In this document: piece after piece, positions 60,056 to 64,000 of the stretch | Position numbering within the stretch: the stretch's first letter is position 1 | Layout of the letters: each line of letters opens with the position of its first letter | Origin: Longimicrobiales bacterium | GTDB taxonomy: Bacteria > Gemmatimonadota > Gemmatimonadetes > Longimicrobiales > Gaopeijiaceae | NCBI GenBank assembly: GCA_963664435.2 | Contig: CAXXKM010000003.1 | Coordinates: 256,001 to 320,000 of the forward strand | Reading direction: 5' to 3' | DNA length: 64,000 bases | The notes under the pieces: model-generated | What the model was told of the DNA's origin: nothing | What the model saw: only the letters and a program-made list of their open reading frames with translations | Database searches by the model: none | Position numbers and translations under genes: made by a program

Positions 60056-60898
60056 ATCGACGCGCTCCATGGCTGGCCCGCCGGAGAGGCTCTTCCGGAG
60101 GCCGCCGGTGAGATCGTGGGCGAGTTGCTGGGCCGCCTGGAGGCGGGTTCGCTCCGCGCCGCGGTGAAGGACGACGATGGCTCATGGACGGCGGTACCCT
60201 GGGTGAAGCGGGGCATCCTGGTGGCGTTTCGCAGCGGGCGCATCACGCCGGTCGCGGCCCCTGGCGGCGGTCCGGTCGATCCGGAATCCCCATCCGCCTT
60301 CCTGGACAAGCACAACCTGCCCGTGCGCCGCTTCGCCGCTGGCGAGGGCGTCCGGGTGGTGCCCGGCGGCTCGGCCGTCCGCCGCGGGGCCTACGTCGGT
60401 CCGGGGGTGGTGTGCATGCCCCCCATGTACGTGAACGTGGGCGCCTGGGTGGGAGCCGGCAGCATGATCGACTCGCACGCGCTCGTAGGCTCGTGCGCCC
60501 AGATCGGCGAACGGGTGCATCTGAGCGCGGCGGCCCAGATCGGCGGCGTCCTGGAGCCCGTGGGAGCCGCCCCGGTCGTGATCGAGGATGACGTGCTGGT
60601 GGGGGGCAACGCGGGCGTCTACGAGGGGACGGTGGTGCGTCGCGGCGCAGTCCTGGTCGCGGGGGTCGTCCTGACCCGGGGGACGCCGGTCTTCGACCTC
60701 GTGCGCGAGGAGGTGTATCGCGCCGGTCCCTCCCGGCCGCTCGAGATTCCCGAGGACGCCGTGGTCGTCCCCGGCGGGCGGGCGGTCACCCGGGAGTGGG
60801 GCCGCGCGCAGGGGCTGTCGCTCTATGCGCCGGTCATCGTCAAGTACCGGGACGCCGGAACGGATCTGGCCACCGCCCTGGAGGACTGGCTGCGCTAG
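59993..60898 (+). CDS. dapD: tetrahydrodipicolinate N-succinyltransferase
   Basis: WVKRGIL, FLDK, RVVPGGSAVRRGAY and GSCAQIGERVHLSAAAQIGGVLEP. Confidence 0.94.
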   Translation: MSPMQERMSPWQERMSPLQERIDALHGWPAGEALPEAAGEIVGELLGRLEAGSLRAAVKDDDGSWTAVPWVKRGILVAFRSGRITPVAAPGGGPVDPESPSAFLDKHNLPVRRFAAGEGVRVVPGGSAVRRGAYVGPGVVCMPPMYVNVGAWVGAGSMIDSHALVGSCAQIGERVHLSAAAQIGGVLEPVGAAPVVIEDDVLVGGNAGVYEGTVVRRGAVLVAGVVLTRGTPVFDLVREEVYRAGPSRPLEIPEDAVVVPGGRAVTREWGRAQGLSLYAPVIVKYRDAGTDLATALEDWLR

Positions 60899-61084
60899 CG
60901 CGCAGGCGACTCCTCCCGGCAATTACGCGGCGTAGCATCCCGTTCCGGACCACATCGCTCTGCGGTGCGGACGGTGCCCGCGTGGCGCGCCATCTTCACG
61001 GCCCACCGCCGGCAGACGCTACCTGTAATGGGGATACCACTACCGGTAGTGGTTATCGCGGGAAACGCCCGGACCGGTGGCGAC

Positions 61085-62362
61085 TCAGCGCCCCCGCAGC
61101 TTCCGGTACAGAAGCGCCAGCACCGCCTGGGCGCTGCGCTCGCGTACCGCGCCGCGCGCCCCCGGAAAGATGCTCCGGCGCGCCCGGGTGCGGCCGTCCA
61201 GGTGGACCGCGTACCAGACCGTGCCGACGGGCTTCTCCGCCGATCCCCCGCCCGGTCCCGCAACCCCGGTCACGGCCAGCCCGGCATCGGCGCCGAAGGC
61301 CCGCGCCACTCCCTCGGCCATGGCGCGCGCCACCTCTTCGGACACCGCCCCGTTTCGGGCCAACAGCTCGCCGGAGATCCCCAGATGAGCGCGCTTGGCT
61401 TCGTCTGCATAGGTGACTATCCCGCCCAGAAAATACTCCGAGGATCCCGCCGGCTCCGTGATGCGCCGCGACACCAGGCCTCCCGTGCAGCTTTCCGCCA
61501 CCGCGAGCGAGCGCCCGGACGACGTCATTTCCGCCGCGATGCACTCGACGATGTCCCCGCTCTCGGCCGGGTAGCGGTACCTCCGCAGAATCGGCTCCAC
61601 CAGCGCCTCAACCCGATCGAGCCCCCGGGCCGCGCGGGGATCGCCCGGAGTCGCGCGCGCGCTCAGCCGAACGTCGACTCCTGTGAGCCGCGGCAGGAAG
61701 GCGATGGACACCGGACCGACATCCTCGGGAAGCCCCGCGTCGATGCGCTCGGCGAGCGAGGATTCGGCGATGCCGGTGGTGTGGAAGACGCGGTGGACGA
61801 GGGGCAGGAGGCGGTCGCCCAGGCGCTCGCGCAGCAGCGGCGCTACGCCCTCGTCGAACAACCCGCGCATCTCGGCGGGCACGCCGGGAAGGAGCACGAC
61901 CATCCGTCCCTCCACGTCGAGCACCAGCCCGGGGGCGGTCCCGACCCGGTTGGGAAGAACCAGCGCGCCCTCGGGCACCCGGCACATGCGCTCGTTGCCC
62001 GCCGGAAGCGGGGTCACGCGCCAGGTCGCCCATCGGGTCCTGAGGTCCTCGAGCAGAGCCTCGTCCAGGCGAAGGGGCCTGCGCAGCGCCTCGGCCACGA
62101 CTTCCCGCGTGATATCGTCGCCAGTAGGACCCAGGCCCCCCGTGACCAGCACGACTTCCGCAACCTCCAGAGCGCGCGCGAGCGCTCCCCGGATGTCCCG
62201 CGCACTGTCCCCGACAACGAACCTCGCCCGCACCGGGAGTCCCAGCCTCGCCGCCCGCCGGCCCATCCAGGCGCCGTTCGTGTCGACGGTGAAGCCGGCC
62301 AGGAGTTCGTCGCCCACCGCGACGATGGCGCAGCTGGCCGGAGGGGGCGCCGTGCGCGTCAG
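61085..62362 (-). CDS. cinA: competence/damage-inducible protein A (MoCF-like domain plus PncC NMN deamidase)
   Basis: AVGDELLAGFTVDTN, TGGLGPTGDDIT, LPGVPAEM, AESCTGG, GAVSEEVA and GPGGGSAEKPVG. Start proposed at CTG 62362. Confidence 0.93.
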   Translation of the reverse strand: MTRTAPPPASCAIVAVGDELLAGFTVDTNGAWMGRRAARLGLPVRARFVVGDSARDIRGALARALEVAEVVLVTGGLGPTGDDITREVVAEALRRPLRLDEALLEDLRTRWATWRVTPLPAGNERMCRVPEGALVLPNRVGTAPGLVLDVEGRMVVLLPGVPAEMRGLFDEGVAPLLRERLGDRLLPLVHRVFHTTGIAESSLAERIDAGLPEDVGPVSIAFLPRLTGVDVRLSARATPGDPRAARGLDRVEALVEPILRRYRYPAESGDIVECIAAEMTSSGRSLAVAESCTGGLVSRRITEPAGSSEYFLGGIVTYADEAKRAHLGISGELLARNGAVSEEVARAMAEGVARAFGADAGLAVTGVAGPGGGSAEKPVGTVWYAVHLDGRTRARRSIFPGARGAVRERSAQAVLALLYRKLRGR

Positions 62363-62999
62363 CGGTTGCTCCCGGCCAGGCCCCGATTGCGCCAGAAGTA
62401 GAACCCCATCGAATAGATGGTCAGCACCAGCGCAAGCAGCAGGGTCAGGCCGATGACTGCGCCGTGGAAGTGGACCCACGCATCCCAGATGGTCCCGCTC
62501 CAGCTTTCCTGCTCGGCGAGCGGACCAGGGCGTACCACAGGAGCACGGCTCCCATGAACACGTTCTGCAGGAGGGCCTTGTACTTGCCGGGACGGTCGGC
62601 GGCGATCACCACCCCCTGCCGCACGGCGAAGCCCCGCAGCAGGGTCACCATCAGCTCGCGCCCGAAGAGCACCACGAGCACCCAGAGGGGCAATTCGCCC
62701 CACCAGGGGATCTCGCCTCCTCCCTCCGGACGGTGGGAGACGATATAGATGGGCACGAGGGTGGACGCCATCAGCAGCTTGTCGGCGATGGGGTCCAGCA
62801 GCTTGCCCAGGTCGCTGATGAGGTTGTGCTTACGCGCCAGGTAGCCGTCCCACACGTCGCTCAGGGCCGCCGCCAGAAAGAGCCCGAACGTGGCCGCGAG
62901 GACCGTGCCGTCGGACGACAGGGCCAGGAAGAAGATCGCGGGACAGACGGCGATCCGCGAAAGCGTAATGATGTTGGGAAGATTCCGTTGGCTCGCCAT
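62359..62999 (-). CDS. pgsA: CDP-diacylglycerol--glycerol-3-phosphate 3-phosphatidyltransferase, with an apparent 1-nt frameshift near 62520
   Basis: NLPNIITLSR and DVWDGYLAR...GKLLDPIADK. The in-frame ORF stops at 62445, but the last TM helix (IGLTLLLALVLTIYSMGFYFW) is in another frame ending at 62359. Confidence 0.88.
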
Positions 63000-63008
63000 T
63001 GCCGGACC

Positions 63009-63587
63009 TCAGCGAAGCGACTTCACCACCAGCCTGCTCACTGTGGCAAGCGTCTCGAAGACGCCCTTGCCCTCCGTGGCGACGCTCTCGAAATCGGGCA
63101 AGCCGGCCGGGTTCAGGTGTGCGCGCAACTCGTTCACCGGAAGGATGTCGGGCAGGTCGCGCTTGTTGTACTGGATCACGAAGGGGAGACGGGAGACATC
63201 GTACCCTCCCGCGTCCAGGGTATCGTAGAGACTCTGCATCGCCTCCGCGTTGGCTTCGTCGCGATCGATCTGTGAATCCGCGACGAAGACGACCCCGTCC
63301 ACGCCCTTCAGGAGAAGCTGGCGCCTGCCTTCAAAATAGGCCTGGCCGGGCACCGTGTAGAGGTGGAAGCGGGTCCGGAGGCCTCCCACGACGCCCAGAT
63401 CGAGGGCCAGGAAGTCGAACAGCAGGGTGCTGCCCCGCCTGGTGGCCAGGGAAATGAGCTTGCCCCGGTTTCGCGGATCGACGCGCCGGTGTACGTACTC
63501 GACATTGGTGGTCTTGCCTCCCAGCCCCGGCCCGTAGTAGAGGATCTTGCAGTGGATCTCCCGGCCGGCGTAGTTCGTCATCGGCAT
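63009..63587 (-). CDS. mglA: MglA-family small GTPase (divergent switch I)
   Basis: KILYYGPGLGGKTTN, FDF, FHLYTVPGQ, LKGVDGVVFVADSQ and QYNKRDLP. Confidence 0.92.
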   Translation of the reverse strand: MPMTNYAGREIHCKILYYGPGLGGKTTNVEYVHRRVDPRNRGKLISLATRRGSTLLFDFLALDLGVVGGLRTRFHLYTVPGQAYFEGRRQLLLKGVDGVVFVADSQIDRDEANAEAMQSLYDTLDAGGYDVSRLPFVIQYNKRDLPDILPVNELRAHLNPAGLPDFESVATEGKGVFETLATVSRLVVKSLR

Positions 63588-63591
63588 GGGT

Positions 63592-63906
63592 TCACGCCAT
63601 CTTCTCGCTCAGTCCGGTTTCCAGAACCGCCAGCTCGCCCTCCATCCGCGCCTCGATGGCCCGGGCCCGGTCGCGGAGCAGCTTGCGGGGCTCCCAGGCC
63701 ATGTAGTCCCTCAGCAGGTTTACCGTGTTCACGGAGGCGCGCGCGCGCGCCATGTGCCCCAGAGCCGCCAGCCGGCGAAAGACCCGGGGGCTGAAGAGGT
63801 CCCTCTGGTGTCGGGTCATCTGGTCGTGCGCGACCAGGACCGCGACGCCCGCGACCCCCACGACCAGCAGCGCCACCAGCCCCACCTTCTTCAGCTTCCT
63901 GTTCAT
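63592..63906 (-). CDS. single-TM hypothetical protein
   Basis: GGAG RBS; basic N-terminus, TM segment and short helical domain; ends 4 nt before mglA. Confidence 0.75.
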   Translation of the reverse strand: MNRKLKKVGLVALLVVGVAGVAVLVAHDQMTRHQRDLFSPRVFRRLAALGHMARARASVNTVNLLRDYMAWEPRKLLRDRARAIEARMEGELAVLETGLSEKMA

Positions 63907-63942
63907 CTGTTGGCTCCCTCCCCCGGGCGCCGATTCCGGTCG

Positions 63943-64000
63943 CTACATTTCACGGCGCATTTCCAGTGCCTGTGCGAGCGTCGTCCCATCCACGAATTCC
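63943..64000 (-). CDS. recR: recombination mediator RecR, C-terminal end only
   Basis: Manual translation EFVDGTTLAQALEMRREM* resembles the RecR C-terminus; only 18 sense codons are visible. Confidence 0.7.
   Translation of the reverse strand, partial: EFVDGTTLAQALEMRREM

Overview
High-GC bacterial chromosomal segment. Gene content and order suggest Gemmatimonadota (inference, not tested). It is mostly housekeeping: murA (partial), gatCAB, pcrA, serS, manC, a glmU-like gene, the rplM-rpsI-rpsB-tsf-pyrH-frr-uppS-cdsA-dxr-rseP cluster, lepB, an NtrX-like regulator, thpR, comM, a three-gene transhydrogenase, an aromatic amino-acid decarboxylase, a very large NtrY-like kinase, a TolC/MacA/two-permease exporter, iscS-mnmA, grpE-dnaJ, dapBAD, cinA, pgsA, mglA and the end of recR. 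I recognised no rRNA, tRNA, CRISPR array, integrase or transposase. Four things stand out. (1) A ~9 kb block (25.4-34.4 kb) carries a eukaryote-type formate-THF ligase, a porin, and a self-contained signalling module: periplasmic binding protein, TorS-like kinase, receiver-PP2C phosphatase, STAS protein and anti-sigma kinase, with no sigma factor or transporter. (2) The MglA GTPase has Ser in place of the catalytic Arg53 and no adjacent mglB. (3) MurA has the fosfomycin-insensitive Cys-to-Asp change. (4) pgsA has a 1-nt frameshift whose restored stop overlaps a probable CTG start of cinA. All product calls come from motif recognition only; no database searches were run.
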